NCBI GenBank assembly: GCA_043809315.1
Contig: JAZDDX010000037.1
Coordinates: 1 to 26,191 of the forward strand
Source: Pseudomonadota bacterium
GTDB lineage: Bacteria; Bdellovibrionota_G; JALEGL01; DATDPG01
Direction of reading: 5' to 3'
Length of the DNA: 26,191 nt
Made by a program: the position numbers and the translations under genes. Positions 16,987-25,982 of this stretch are shown in pieces (the stretch's first letter is position 1; each line of letters begins with the position of its first letter). A model generated the notes under the pieces. The model was not told the DNA's origin. It worked only from the letters and a program-made list of their open reading frames with translations, and searched no databases.

Positions 16987-18745
16987 GAACCTGCGTCTTC
17001 CGCGAAAGATGCTCCGCCGCCTGCCGGCTGAGATCGCGCAACGCCGGATCGGCCGCGGCTGATGAGTTCAGATCGAGAACGATCGGAAGAGGCCGATTCC
17101 CCGCGCCGACCGCCTGCCAGAGCGTAAATTGGATCGCGAAAAGTACTTGAGCCCGTTGTTGAAGCCCAAGATCGCTCCAGGTGAATTTCCCGTTGGAGTC
17201 GTCTCGGAAGGAGGAGATGGAATCGCCGGTAACGTCGACTCCTCGAAGTCTTCCGTTTGAAAGCCGGGAGAGATTCATTTCGAGCCCAGGTCGTACGAAT
17301 GCAATCACTTCTTCCGGAGTTCGCCCCACGATCGACGCCGCAAGACGGATCAGGCCGTTCGGATCGTCGGGACGCGCTTCCTCTAGAGGGCGGAACCCGC
17401 CGACCGGCTCCGGCGTCCGGGCCACCTCCTCGAGCCGCAATATTTCCAGGCGAATCGCACTCAAGTCCCCTGTCACCGGCGGCAGATCGGAGAGCTGACT
17501 CTCCAGCTTCGCAACCTCACGAACGGCTTCCTCCCGCTCTTTCCGAAGCTCCTCCTCCGGCACTTCCCGCCGAAGAGCTTCGATCTCATCCGCAACAACC
17601 TTCCGCTGGCCGGAAAGGTCCGCGTGTCGTTCCAACAACGCGAGAAGATCCGACGAATCGTTGTTTCCGGTCTCGGCAAAAAACTTCCGGGCGGCCGCCG
17701 TTTCGATCTCAAACCGTTTCTCGATCCCGGCACGCTCGCCTGCGAACCCCGCGATCTGCTTCGCAAGCTCACTCCTCCGGGTGATCCGGCGTTGCCCCGC
17801 GAAATACCCGAGCGCCGCCACCACCATCGCACCGATGAAGACGATACAGGAGAGCGCGAAGGCCAATCTCTGATGGCGGAGAAGCCCGATCGCCGCGAAG
17901 CTAAAGGGGATGGCGACGGCGCCGATCAGGCCGACCGGCTCTTTCCAGAGAGGACGGTCGGGGAGACCGGCCAGATCGGCCTCGGTCCGGATTCGCTTTT
18001 CCTCCAGAGCTTCCAGGTCGGCGCTCCGCTTCTCTTGCGCCGCGGGATACGCCGCAAGCTTTGAGGTCAGATCGGGAACGAGAAGCCCCGGACGATCGAA
18101 AATCTTGTACTGCTCGTACTCGGAATCCACCTCCGCCAACTGTTTCCTCGGTTCCTCGAACCTCCGGAGCCTCTCGTCCGCTCTTTGGATCCGTCCCTGC
18201 AGCTCGTCGACACGGGAGCCGACCTCCAGAATCTTCCGGTGCGTTTCCAGCTCCCGCCGAAGCCCCGGAAGTCTCTCTTCCGGGTTTCGAATACCTTTCG
18301 CTACCGGAACGGAGACTTCCTCCGCCGGGAGCCGGTCGGAGAGACGGGAGACGAGAAGGAACCGGAATACCCGGGACCGGGGCACTTGCGCAGAACGTCC
18401 CAGCGCCTCACGGACGAACGAGAGATCGTGCGAGATTTCGCGGTATGAATCGTCGCATCCCGGCTCCAGCTGGGAGAAGCGAATTGAATTCTGGAGATAG
18501 TTCCGCGCGATTCGATAGGTCGTACCGCGGGATTCGAAGGTCAAGGTCGCTTCCTGCGCCTTTCCCGGCCCCAGCATCCCGTTTCTCCCGGGCGCCGGAT
18601 AGAGAAGGCTCGTGAAGAGCTCGATGAGGATTTCAGGCCGAACCGGGCCGCTCTGTGTGAGCCGGTTCAGCCCCGGATCGAAAAAAAAGCTCTGGGATTC
18701 CCGTGCTCCGGGAAGACCCGAAACCGTAAGTTCGATCAAACGCAC
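16970..18745 (-). CDS. SMC/Rad50/YhaN-like coiled-coil protein with central TM hairpin and degenerate ATPase motifs
   Basis: N-terminal MRLIELTVSGL...FDPGLN head, long coiled coils, two TM helices mid-protein, C-terminal LGLQQRAQVLFAIQFTL...PLPIVLD...TQVLIL head half. Confidence 0.7.
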   Translation of the reverse strand: MRLIELTVSGLPGARESQSFFFDPGLNRLTQSGPVRPEILIELFTSLLYPAPGRNGMLGPGKAQEATLTFESRGTTYRIARNYLQNSIRFSQLEPGCDDSYREISHDLSFVREALGRSAQVPRSRVFRFLLVSRLSDRLPAEEVSVPVAKGIRNPEERLPGLRRELETHRKILEVGSRVDELQGRIQRADERLRRFEEPRKQLAEVDSEYEQYKIFDRPGLLVPDLTSKLAAYPAAQEKRSADLEALEEKRIRTEADLAGLPDRPLWKEPVGLIGAVAIPFSFAAIGLLRHQRLAFALSCIVFIGAMVVAALGYFAGQRRITRRSELAKQIAGFAGERAGIEKRFEIETAAARKFFAETGNNDSSDLLALLERHADLSGQRKVVADEIEALRREVPEEELRKEREEAVREVAKLESQLSDLPPVTGDLSAIRLEILRLEEVARTPEPVGGFRPLEEARPDDPNGLIRLAASIVGRTPEEVIAFVRPGLEMNLSRLSNGRLRGVDVTGDSISSFRDDSNGKFTWSDLGLQQRAQVLFAIQFTLWQAVGAGNRPLPIVLDLNSSAAADPALRDLSRQAAEHLSRKTQVLILGG

Positions 18746-18769
18746 GGAGCCGGGGGCAGGCTTGGAGTT

Positions 18770-19192
18770 CTACTGGGAAGCCGTAGCGCTTTGGGTGCCC
18801 GATGCCGGGGAGACTTCCTTCGCGGGAGCGATCGGTTCGTCCTCGGAGGTGTACGTCCCCTCTTCGATCTGGGTCGCCTTGCCGACTCTCTTCCGGAGGT
18901 AGTAAAGCCGCGCCCGGCGGACTTTCCCCTTCTGGACCAGCTCGATCTTCTCGACCGAGCGGCTCTCCAGCGGGAAGATCCTCTCGACACCAATGCCGTA
19001 CGAGATCTTCCGGACCGTGAAGCTCACCCCTTTTCCGGTCCCGCGTTTCTTAATCACGGTCCCTTCGAACAGCTGGACGCGCTCTTTCTCCCCCTCACGG
19101 ATCTTCACGTGAACGCGGATCGTGTCCCCCACCCGGAATCCGGGATGTTTCGCCGGGGCCTTAAGTGAATCAATGATTGCCTGTGTCTTCAT
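18770..19192 (-). CDS. rplS: 50S ribosomal protein L19 (with C-terminal extension)
   Basis: [53 protein letters not shown]. Confidence 0.98.
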   Translation of the reverse strand: MKTQAIIDSLKAPAKHPGFRVGDTIRVHVKIREGEKERVQLFEGTVIKKRGTGKGVSFTVRKISYGIGVERIFPLESRSVEKIELVQKGKVRRARLYYLRKRVGKATQIEEGTYTSEDEPIAPAKEVSPASGTQSATASQ

Positions 19193-19896
19193 ACGCTCTC
19201 CTTACATCGGTTGTTCAAAACTTCTCGCCCGGCGAGATCGGGACGCCGCTCCCTCGTCCGCCGGTCGGACATTTCATTCCGCCAGGCTTCGATCGCCCGG
19301 TGATCCCCGGACCGCAACACCTCCGGGACCTCTTTGTCCCGAAAGACCGCGGGTCGCGTGTACTGCGGAAACTTGAGCTTGCCGCACGAAAACGAATCGG
19401 TCGCCACCGATTCCCAATCCCCCACAACGCCGGGGATCGTGCGCGCCACTGTCTCCAGGAGGACCATCACGGGAAACTCCCCCCCGGAAAGCACATAATC
19501 GCCGATCGAGAACGACTCGTCGACCCACCCCTCGACGAACCGCTCGTCCACCCCCTCGTATCGCCCCGCCACCACGACGAGCTGCGGGACCTTCGAAAGC
19601 TCCGCCGCCCACTCCTGCGTCAGCTTCCTTCCCTGCGGCGAAGCGTACAGGACTTTGCGGCTCTCCTTTGTCGCGATCGACTCGACCGCGCGCACCAGAG
19701 GCTCCACCTTCATCACCATCCCGGGACCGCCGCCGTACGGCGTATCGTCCACGGTGTGGTGCTTGTCCTCCGTGAAATCGCGGAGATCGTGTACGTGAAG
19801 CTCGATCTTCCCCGACTCCTCGGCGCGCTTCCAGATCTGGCTCGCCCGCAACGCTTCGAACATTCCGGGGAAGATGGTGACGACGTCAAACCGCAT
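19189..19896 (-). CDS. trmD: tRNA (guanine37-N1)-methyltransferase
   Basis: [40 protein letters not shown]. Confidence 0.98.
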   Translation of the reverse strand: MRFDVVTIFPGMFEALRASQIWKRAEESGKIELHVHDLRDFTEDKHHTVDDTPYGGGPGMVMKVEPLVRAVESIATKESRKVLYASPQGRKLTQEWAAELSKVPQLVVVAGRYEGVDERFVEGWVDESFSIGDYVLSGGEFPVMVLLETVARTIPGVVGDWESVATDSFSCGKLKFPQYTRPAVFRDKEVPEVLRSGDHRAIEAWRNEMSDRRTRERRPDLAGREVLNNRCKESV

Positions 19897-20398
19897 CGAC
19901 CACCTCCGCCGGACGGATCACGATCTGCCGCTTTTCCAGCTCGACACGAACGACGACTTCCGGGATCGCCGGGAAGAGCGACTCCCCGCGCGGCCCGTTC
20001 ACGACGTAGATGTCGTTCGAGGGGGTCGTCATAACGCTCCGGAGCGTCCCGATCCACTCGCCGTTCTCCGTCTTCACGTCGCAGCCGATCAGATCGACGT
20101 GGTAGTACTCCCCCTTCGGAAGCTCCGGTAGATCGGAACGCTTGGCGAACAGTTCGCGGCCGGTCAGCTTCTCCGCCGCTTCCCGCGTGTCGACCCCGTC
20201 GAAATGAACCACGCACGATTTCGGCTGTTGCGAGAGACTCTGGATGACAAGGGTCGTGAGGTTCGACGGATCGGTTCCGGACGCGATCGAGCGGACGTTC
20301 TCGAGCAGCTGGGAGTCGGGGTTGTACACTTCCACCCGAACCTCCCCGCGAAGCCCTTTTGCCCGGCCGATCCGGCCTATCGCGATCCATTGTTCCAC
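19886..20398 (-). CDS. rimM: 16S rRNA processing protein RimM
   Basis: Probable GTG start at 20398 (the longer track ORF overlaps khpA). IGRIGRAKGLRGEVRV, LPELPKGEYYHVDLIG, PRC-barrel end. Confidence 0.93.
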   Translation of the reverse strand: MEQWIAIGRIGRAKGLRGEVRVEVYNPDSQLLENVRSIASGTDPSNLTTLVIQSLSQQPKSCVVHFDGVDTREAAEKLTGRELFAKRSDLPELPKGEYYHVDLIGCDVKTENGEWIGTLRSVMTTPSNDIYVVNGPRGESLFPAIPEVVVRVELEKRQIVIRPAEVVDAV

Positions 20399-20406
20399 GG
20401 CAACCT

Positions 20407-20637
20407 TCAGTCGATGATCTCCAGCATCACACGCTTGTTCTCTTTGACGCTCGCAGCGCTCAGAACCGTCCGGAGCGCTCGCGCGGTCCGTCCCTGCTTG
20501 CCGATCACTTTCCCCAAATCTTCCTTGTGAACGCGCAGTTCGAAGACGCAGGTCTGTTCCCCCGCGACCTCCGAGATGTTCACATCGTCGGGGTGATCGA
20601 CGAGCTTCCGGACCACGAACTCCAGGAGTTCCCTCAT
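20407..20637 (-). CDS. khpA: KH-domain RNA-binding protein KhpA
   Basis: LVDHPDDV, DLGKVIGKQGRTARALR; canonical position between rpsP and rimM. Confidence 0.95.
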   Translation of the reverse strand: MRELLEFVVRKLVDHPDDVNISEVAGEQTCVFELRVHKEDLGKVIGKQGRTARALRTVLSAASVKENKRVMLEIID

Positions 20638-20879
20638 GCGCCCTTCGCCACGCGCTTGAGCATCTGGGCCACGGTTCGGGTCGGCTGCGCCCCCTTCCCG
20701 ATCCAGTAAGCAACGCGCTCCTGTTTGATCACCGTCCCGCCGGTTTCTTTTCTAGGATCGTAGCTTCCGATCGCCTCGATGACCCGCCCGTCGCGTTTCG
20801 CGCGCTGGTCGGTCACCACCACCCGGTAGGTGGGGATCTTTTTTCTGCCATAACGTCTCAGTCGAATTTTCACTGCCAT
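20634..20879 (-). CDS. rpsP: 30S ribosomal protein S16
   Basis: MAVKIRLRRYGRKKIPTYRVVV, RDGRVIEAIGSYDP, GAQPT. Confidence 0.98.
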   Translation of the reverse strand: MAVKIRLRRYGRKKIPTYRVVVTDQRAKRDGRVIEAIGSYDPRKETGGTVIKQERVAYWIGKGAQPTRTVAQMLKRVAKGA

Positions 20880-20892
20880 GTTCGTTCCTCCG

Positions 20893-22227
20893 TTAAAATA
20901 ACCCGCCTCGCGGTAACCCTCGCGCCCCCATCCGGCCCAAGCGCGATATCATCTCGCGAGCCTGCGAGAACTGCTTTAAAAAACGGTTTACGTCGGCCAC
21001 CGTCGTGCCGCTCCCCGCAGCGATCCGCTTCCGACGGCTTCCGTCGAGAATCCGGTCGTTGTGACGCTCGCGCCGGGTCATCGAGTTGACGATCACCTGG
21101 GCCCGGTCGAGTTCCTGCTGGGGTATACCACCGGCGAGTGCTTTCTTCACCTGCGCCCCTCCCGGCAGCATCCCTACTATATCTTCGAACGAACCCATCT
21201 TTTTGACGGCCCGCAACTGCTCGGCGAAGTCCTCGACGGTAAACGCCCCTTTCCGAAGCTTCTTCGCCAGCCGCGCCGCCTCCTCGATATCGACCGCCTT
21301 CCGGGCCCGCTCGACGAGCGAAACGACGTCCCCCATTCCGAGGATCCGGGAGGCGAGACGTTCGGGGTGAAGCCTCTCGAGCGCGTCGATTTTCTCCCCG
21401 ACACCTAGAAAATAGATCGGTTTTCCGATCGTGTATCGGACGGACAGGGCCGCGCCGCCGCGGGCATCGCCGTCCATCTTGCTGACGATCACGCCGTCGA
21501 ACCCGATCTTCTCGTGGAACGCCTCCGCGCTCCGGAGAGCGTCCTGCCCCGCCATCGCGTCGAGAACGTAGAGAACCAGATCCGGCTTCACCGCCTCGCG
21601 GATCGCGGCCAGCTCCGCCATCAGCGATTCGTCGACGCCCAAGCGCCCGGCGCTATCGAAAATCAAGGCGTTCGCGGCGATCTCCTGTCCTTCGACCGCG
21701 CGGATCGCGGCTTTGCAGACATCAACGGCGTTCGGATCGCGGGAGGAAAAGACCTGAATTCCGTTCTCGTGGCCCAGTTGCTCGAGTTGCTCGCGTGCCG
21801 CGGGTCGCGCGGTGTCGGCGGGAACGAGAAGGGGTCGTTCTTTGCGCTCGTCGCGCCACAAACGCGCGAGCTTGGCGGCGGTGGTTGTTTTCCCGGAACC
21901 CTGAAGTCCGGTTAAGAGAATTCGTACTGGACGTCCGGAACCTTTCGGAAGCTCGGGCGCATCACCGCCCAGGGTCTCGACGAGGTGGTCGTAGAGGATC
22001 TTGACGAACAGTTCGCCGGGTTTGACGCTGGACAAAACTTCCTGCCCCAAGGCTTCGCGACGGACGGAATCAACAAGAGACTGAACGACACGGTAGGCGA
22101 CGTCCGCTTCGAGCAAAGCGGTACGGACTTCGGAAAGGGCTTCTGAAATATTCCCTTCCCGGATCTTCCCGAGGCCAGCCAAGTTTCGGAAGACCTTGGA
22201 CAGGCGCTCCTGCAGCTGATCAAACAT
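20893..22227 (-). CDS. ffh: Signal recognition particle protein Ffh
   Basis: ALLEADV, GLQGSGKTT, DSAGR, SKMDGDARGGAALS, M-domain NSMT..ER and SRRKRIAAGSG. Confidence 0.98.
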   Translation of the reverse strand: MFDQLQERLSKVFRNLAGLGKIREGNISEALSEVRTALLEADVAYRVVQSLVDSVRREALGQEVLSSVKPGELFVKILYDHLVETLGGDAPELPKGSGRPVRILLTGLQGSGKTTTAAKLARLWRDERKERPLLVPADTARPAAREQLEQLGHENGIQVFSSRDPNAVDVCKAAIRAVEGQEIAANALIFDSAGRLGVDESLMAELAAIREAVKPDLVLYVLDAMAGQDALRSAEAFHEKIGFDGVIVSKMDGDARGGAALSVRYTIGKPIYFLGVGEKIDALERLHPERLASRILGMGDVVSLVERARKAVDIEEAARLAKKLRKGAFTVEDFAEQLRAVKKMGSFEDIVGMLPGGAQVKKALAGGIPQQELDRAQVIVNSMTRRERHNDRILDGSRRKRIAAGSGTTVADVNRFLKQFSQAREMISRLGRMGARGLPRGGLF

Positions 22228-22284
22228 CGTAACTACCTGATCGAATTAGGTATTTTCTATCCCCGCCCAGCGGGGAAACGGGCC

Positions 22285-22313
22285 TCTATAGTATAAGTTG
22301 GCAGGCAGGTCAA
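22285..22313 (-). promoter_or_regulatory. Possible sigma70 promoter for the ffh operon
   Basis: Minus-strand TTGACC (22313-22308), 17-nt spacer, TATAGA, within a TATACTATA tract. Confidence 0.4.
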
Positions 22314-22318
22314 CTGCG

Positions 22319-22504
22319 TCAGCTGTACTCAGAATAGATCACCCAGGCGATGACCGATTCTACGAGAATCAGGATCGTAACCGTCCCGGAGACTAAATAG
22401 ACCCTCTTTTTCGGGTGTTGGCCGGTCAGGATGTAGACCGCGAGTCCGAGCGCGAGCGTCAGGATGGCAATCGAGATCCCGCCGAGGAGTTGGAATTTGT
22501 TCAC
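22319..22504 (-). CDS. Small two-TM membrane protein (61 aa)
   Basis: GTGA overlap with the phoH stop; two hydrophobic helices separated by the basic loop GQHPKKR. Confidence 0.65.
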   Translation of the reverse strand: MNKFQLLGGISIAILTLALGLAVYILTGQHPKKRVYLVSGTVTILILVESVIAWVIYSEYS

Positions 22505-23850
22505 AGGATGTTCGACGCCAGCTCCGCGAGCGGCGATCGCTCCCCTTTTTGGAGCGTCATGTGTCCTGCCATCCGTTCATCCTTGAACCGATCGACCACG
22601 AACGTCAGCCCGTTGTTCGTCGAATCGACGTACGGATTGTCGATCTGGTAGGGGTCGCCGGTGATCACCATCTTCGTGTGGTCCCCGACCCTTGTAATGA
22701 TCGTCTTCATCTCGTGCGGCGTTAAGTTCTGTGCTTCGTCCACGATCAGGTACTGGTTCGGGATCGACCGGCCGCGGATGTAGGTCAAAGGTTCGATCGC
22801 CAGCATCCCGAGGTTGATCAGCTCCTGGTAACTGACGCCCGAAGAGCTCTTCTTCTTGTCGCGCCCGGACGACGCGCTCATGAGAAGTTCGACGTTATCG
22901 AAAATCGGCTGCATCCACGGAGCGAGCTTCTCCTCTAGGTCCCCGGGCAAGAAACCGATCTCGCGCCCCATTGGAAACACAGGCCTCGAAACCAAGAGGC
23001 GGTTATAAACGTTCTCGTCGCTCACCTTGTGGAGCCCCGCTGCGATCGCGAGCAACGTCTTTCCCGTTCCCGCTTTTCCCATCAGCGTCACGAGGCGGAT
23101 CGAGTCGTTGAGCAGAAGATCGAGGGCAAACGTTTGTTCGAGGTTCCGCGCCGCAATCCCCCAGATCGGGCGACGGCTCTCGCGAATCAGCTTCACTTTG
23201 CCATGCTCGACGACCGCCTTCGCGAGCAACGAGCGGTTGTCGTCCCCTTCGCCGCGAACCAGGAGCATCTCGTTCGGATGCGGCGACAGTCCGTCCAGCG
23301 CGCACTCCCCCATCTTGGAGAGTTCTTCCAGCTTCGTCAGCGGCCAGCGAACCTCGCGCCACCCTTTGTACAGCTCGTCGAGGTTCATTACCTCCGGCTC
23401 GTAGTCGACCGCCGTGATCCCGAGCGCATCGGCCCGGATTCTCAAATTCGTGTCTTTGGTCAGGAAGATGACCGGGGCGCCGTTCGCCTTCTCCTTCACG
23501 TCGAGGACGATCGAGAGGATCGTCATGTCGGCCTGTCGCTTCGTGAAGAGCTGTTGCAGGCGGTTTCCCTTGCCGCTTCCGAGGTCGACCCGGAGCGTTC
23601 CGCCGTCCGGAAGCGCAACCCCTTCCGCCAGGTGGCCGTTTGCACGCAACTTGTCGAGAAAACGTGAAATCTGCCGCGCGTTCCGCCCCGTTTCGTTCTC
23701 GTCCTTCTTGAAGTTGTCGATCTCCTCGATCACGGTGATCGGGATCACGACCTCGTTGTCGGCGAATTTGAAGAGGGCTTTCGGGTCGTAGAGAAGTACG
23801 TTCGTGTCGAGAATGTAGATCTTCTTCATGGGCTTAGAGGAGCGATCCAT
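22501..23850 (-). CDS. PIN-PhoH (PhoH2/YlaK-family) ribonuclease-ATPase
   Basis: PIN motif YILDTNVLL...TKDTNLR; PhoH motifs GKAGTGKT, GFLPGD, EPLTYIRGRS, IVDEAQN, GDPYQID. Start at 23850 or 23829; the track start 24174 overlaps the divergent gene. Confidence 0.93.
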   Translation of the reverse strand: MDRSSKPMKKIYILDTNVLLYDPKALFKFADNEVVIPITVIEEIDNFKKDENETGRNARQISRFLDKLRANGHLAEGVALPDGGTLRVDLGSGKGNRLQQLFTKRQADMTILSIVLDVKEKANGAPVIFLTKDTNLRIRADALGITAVDYEPEVMNLDELYKGWREVRWPLTKLEELSKMGECALDGLSPHPNEMLLVRGEGDDNRSLLAKAVVEHGKVKLIRESRRPIWGIAARNLEQTFALDLLLNDSIRLVTLMGKAGTGKTLLAIAAGLHKVSDENVYNRLLVSRPVFPMGREIGFLPGDLEEKLAPWMQPIFDNVELLMSASSGRDKKKSSSGVSYQELINLGMLAIEPLTYIRGRSIPNQYLIVDEAQNLTPHEMKTIITRVGDHTKMVITGDPYQIDNPYVDSTNNGLTFVVDRFKDERMAGHMTLQKGERSPLAELASNIL

Positions 23851-23919
23851 TAGCCGATTTTGACCCCCCTCACAAGCTCTTCCTCGGCGCGCGGGGTTCC
23901 GGTACGCTGACACCCACTT

Positions 23920-24984
23920 ATGATTCCAGAACGCTTGACGGAAGTTCTCCCCAATCTCCTCCGGACCGTCGAGTACGAAGGCTCGTGGAGCGCCGAACCG
24001 ATCCCGGGAGATGCCTCGAACCGGAGTTGGTTCCGGGTCAAGGCGGGGGAAAAGACCTTCATCGTCATGCTGCTGGCCGAAGGGTTCAACTCGCTCGCCG
24101 AGCAGAACACCAAGACCAACCGGAAGATCACGGAGCCGCCGATCGTCGATCTCGAGCGGTATTTTTCGAACCACGGCGTCCGGATCCCGAAGCTACTGGC
24201 CCAGGACGTTCACCGCGGTATTTTTCTCATGGAGGATTTCGGCGATCGCCTCCTCCAAGACGTCGTCTACGCCGGAAAACCGACCGCGATCCGTCCGCTT
24301 TACGAAAACGCGCTGGATCAACTCGAGCGGATCGCCGTGATCGCGCCGAACGACCCGAAGAGTTCGATCGCCTTCGCCCGGAGCTTCGACCTGAACCTGT
24401 TTAACTGGGAATTCACGCACTTCGTCGAGTTTGCTATCGACAAGCGGATTCCCGGGGGGCCGAAGCCGACCGACCGGCAGACGATCTTAACGGAGTTCGA
24501 GAAGCTCACGGCGGAGTATCTGACCTGGGAGAAGGTGATCGTCCATCGCGACTATCACAGCCGGAACCTGATGGTCTTGAGCGCCAACGAGGTCGGCGTG
24601 ATCGACTTCCAGGATGCACTCCTGGGTCCCGCCCTCTACGACCTCGCCTCGCTCCTCCGGGATTCGTACGCTCGGCTCGATCCCAAGATGCAGGATGAGC
24701 TGGTCGACCGGTACCGCAACCAGCTTAAAGCGAAGAAGATCAAAGGGACCGCTTCACGCGAGAAGTTCCGCCGCTCGTTCGACTGGATGGGGATCCACCG
24801 GAACCTCAAGGCGGCCGGGCGGTTCTGTTACTTCGACAGCGAGAAGGGGAACCGCCGCTATCTCCCGCACGTCCCGCGCACGCTCGGATATGTCCGGGAA
24901 ACGCTCGACCGGTACCGAGAGCTCAAGGATCTCCGCCACGCCCTCCTTCCCTACTTCGACGAACTGATCCGATCATGCGGGTGA
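23920..24984 (+). CDS. amgK: Aminoglycoside-phosphotransferase-fold kinase, probable anomeric MurNAc/GlcNAc kinase
   Basis: GDASNRSWFRV, MEDFGD, HRDYHSRNLM, IDFQDALLGP..YDLASLLRD, RNLKAAGRF; coupled to a nucleotidyltransferase. Confidence 0.8.
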   Translation: MIPERLTEVLPNLLRTVEYEGSWSAEPIPGDASNRSWFRVKAGEKTFIVMLLAEGFNSLAEQNTKTNRKITEPPIVDLERYFSNHGVRIPKLLAQDVHRGIFLMEDFGDRLLQDVVYAGKPTAIRPLYENALDQLERIAVIAPNDPKSSIAFARSFDLNLFNWEFTHFVEFAIDKRIPGGPKPTDRQTILTEFEKLTAEYLTWEKVIVHRDYHSRNLMVLSANEVGVIDFQDALLGPALYDLASLLRDSYARLDPKMQDELVDRYRNQLKAKKIKGTASREKFRRSFDWMGIHRNLKAAGRFCYFDSEKGNRRYLPHVPRTLGYVRETLDRYRELKDLRHALLPYFDELIRSCG

Positions 24985-25982
24985 AGCAGGCGATGCTCCT
25001 GGCCGCGGGGCTTTCAACCCGCCTCCGGCCGCTGACCGACGAGATCCCGAAGCCGCTCCTGCCGTTCTGGAACCGGACCGTTCTCGACGTGACCGTCGCC
25101 TATCTCAAGGACGCGGGGATCACCGCGGCGGCAGTGAACGTGCACCATGGCCGGGACCGCTTCTTAAGCGTTCTGCAGCAGCGCCACCCGATCCGCCTCG
25201 TCCCGTTCGTGGAGGAGACGATCTTGGGAACCGGCGGCGGGATCAAGAACATGCGCCGGTTCATCACCGACCGGACGTTCGTCGTCGCGAACTGCGACGT
25301 CATCGCCGATGTCGATCTGGTAAAAGCGATCCGCTTCCACCTCTCGAAAAAATCGATCGCGACGATGGTTCTCGCAGGGCATCGGGATCTCCGGGGGTAC
25401 AAGACGATCGGCGTTCAAAAGGACGGGAGGATCACGTCGTTCCCGTATTCGAAGGTTTCTGGTGACGTTGATGAGCGGGGACTCTTCTCGGGAATCCACA
25501 TCTTCGACCGCGCGATCTTCAGCGAATTCCCCGACGTCGAGATCTTCGACATTAATCAAAATGTCTACGGACCGCTGCTCGACCGCGGGGGACCGGTCTT
25601 CGCATATGTGAGCCCCGCGCCATGGATCGATCTCGGGGAAACGCGCCTCTATGCGGCCGCGCAGTTCGATCTGCTGGAGGAGCGCCCGAAATGGCTGACG
25701 CCGTTTCTCAAGAACTTCACCGGAAAAACGAAGAAGACGTTCGTTGCGAAGAACGCTTCGGTCGCGAAAGACGCGGTCCTCCACGCGCCACTCCTGATCG
25801 CTGCTAAGGCAACCGTCGAGGGGGAATGTCGGATCGGTCCGAGCGTGGTTCTGGGGCCCCGGTCATCGGTCGGCCCGGGGTGTTCTCTCGATCGTGTGGT
25901 CGTCCTACCCGACGCTCATGTGCCGGCCGGAACGACGTCCCGGCGGCAGATCTTCACCGCACACGGTCCCGTCGCGTTCTAG
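24981..25982 (+). CDS. Sugar-1-phosphate nucleotidyltransferase (MurU-like) with C-terminal left-handed beta-helix
   Basis: AMLLAAGLSTRLRPLTDEIPKPLLP, LGTGGG, WIDLG and a hexapeptide-repeat tail. GTG 24981 (GTGA overlap) or ATG 24975. Confidence 0.85.
   Translation: MKQAMLLAAGLSTRLRPLTDEIPKPLLPFWNRTVLDVTVAYLKDAGITAAAVNVHHGRDRFLSVLQQRHPIRLVPFVEETILGTGGGIKNMRRFITDRTFVVANCDVIADVDLVKAIRFHLSKKSIATMVLAGHRDLRGYKTIGVQKDGRITSFPYSKVSGDVDERGLFSGIHIFDRAIFSEFPDVEIFDINQNVYGPLLDRGGPVFAYVSPAPWIDLGETRLYAAAQFDLLEERPKWLTPFLKNFTGKTKKTFVAKNASVAKDAVLHAPLLIAAKATVEGECRIGPSVVLGPRSSVGPGCSLDRVVVLPDAHVPAGTTSRRQIFTAHGPVAF

Noticed and set aside
18770-18845. C-terminal extension of L19
   Set aside because: Low-complexity tails on L19 are common and carry no recognisable motif.
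20399-20713. Apparent 105-aa N-terminal extension of RimM
   Set aside because: Overlaps khpA and rpsP in another frame. GTG 20398 gives a normal 170-aa RimM.
23851-24174. Apparent N-terminal extension of PIN-PhoH
   Set aside because: Overlaps the divergent amgK-like gene; the PIN domain starts at MKKIYILDTN.
23920-24984. Aminoglycoside resistance gene
   Set aside because: APH fold only. The GDAS and HRDYHSRN motifs and coupling to a nucleotidyltransferase fit a sugar kinase.
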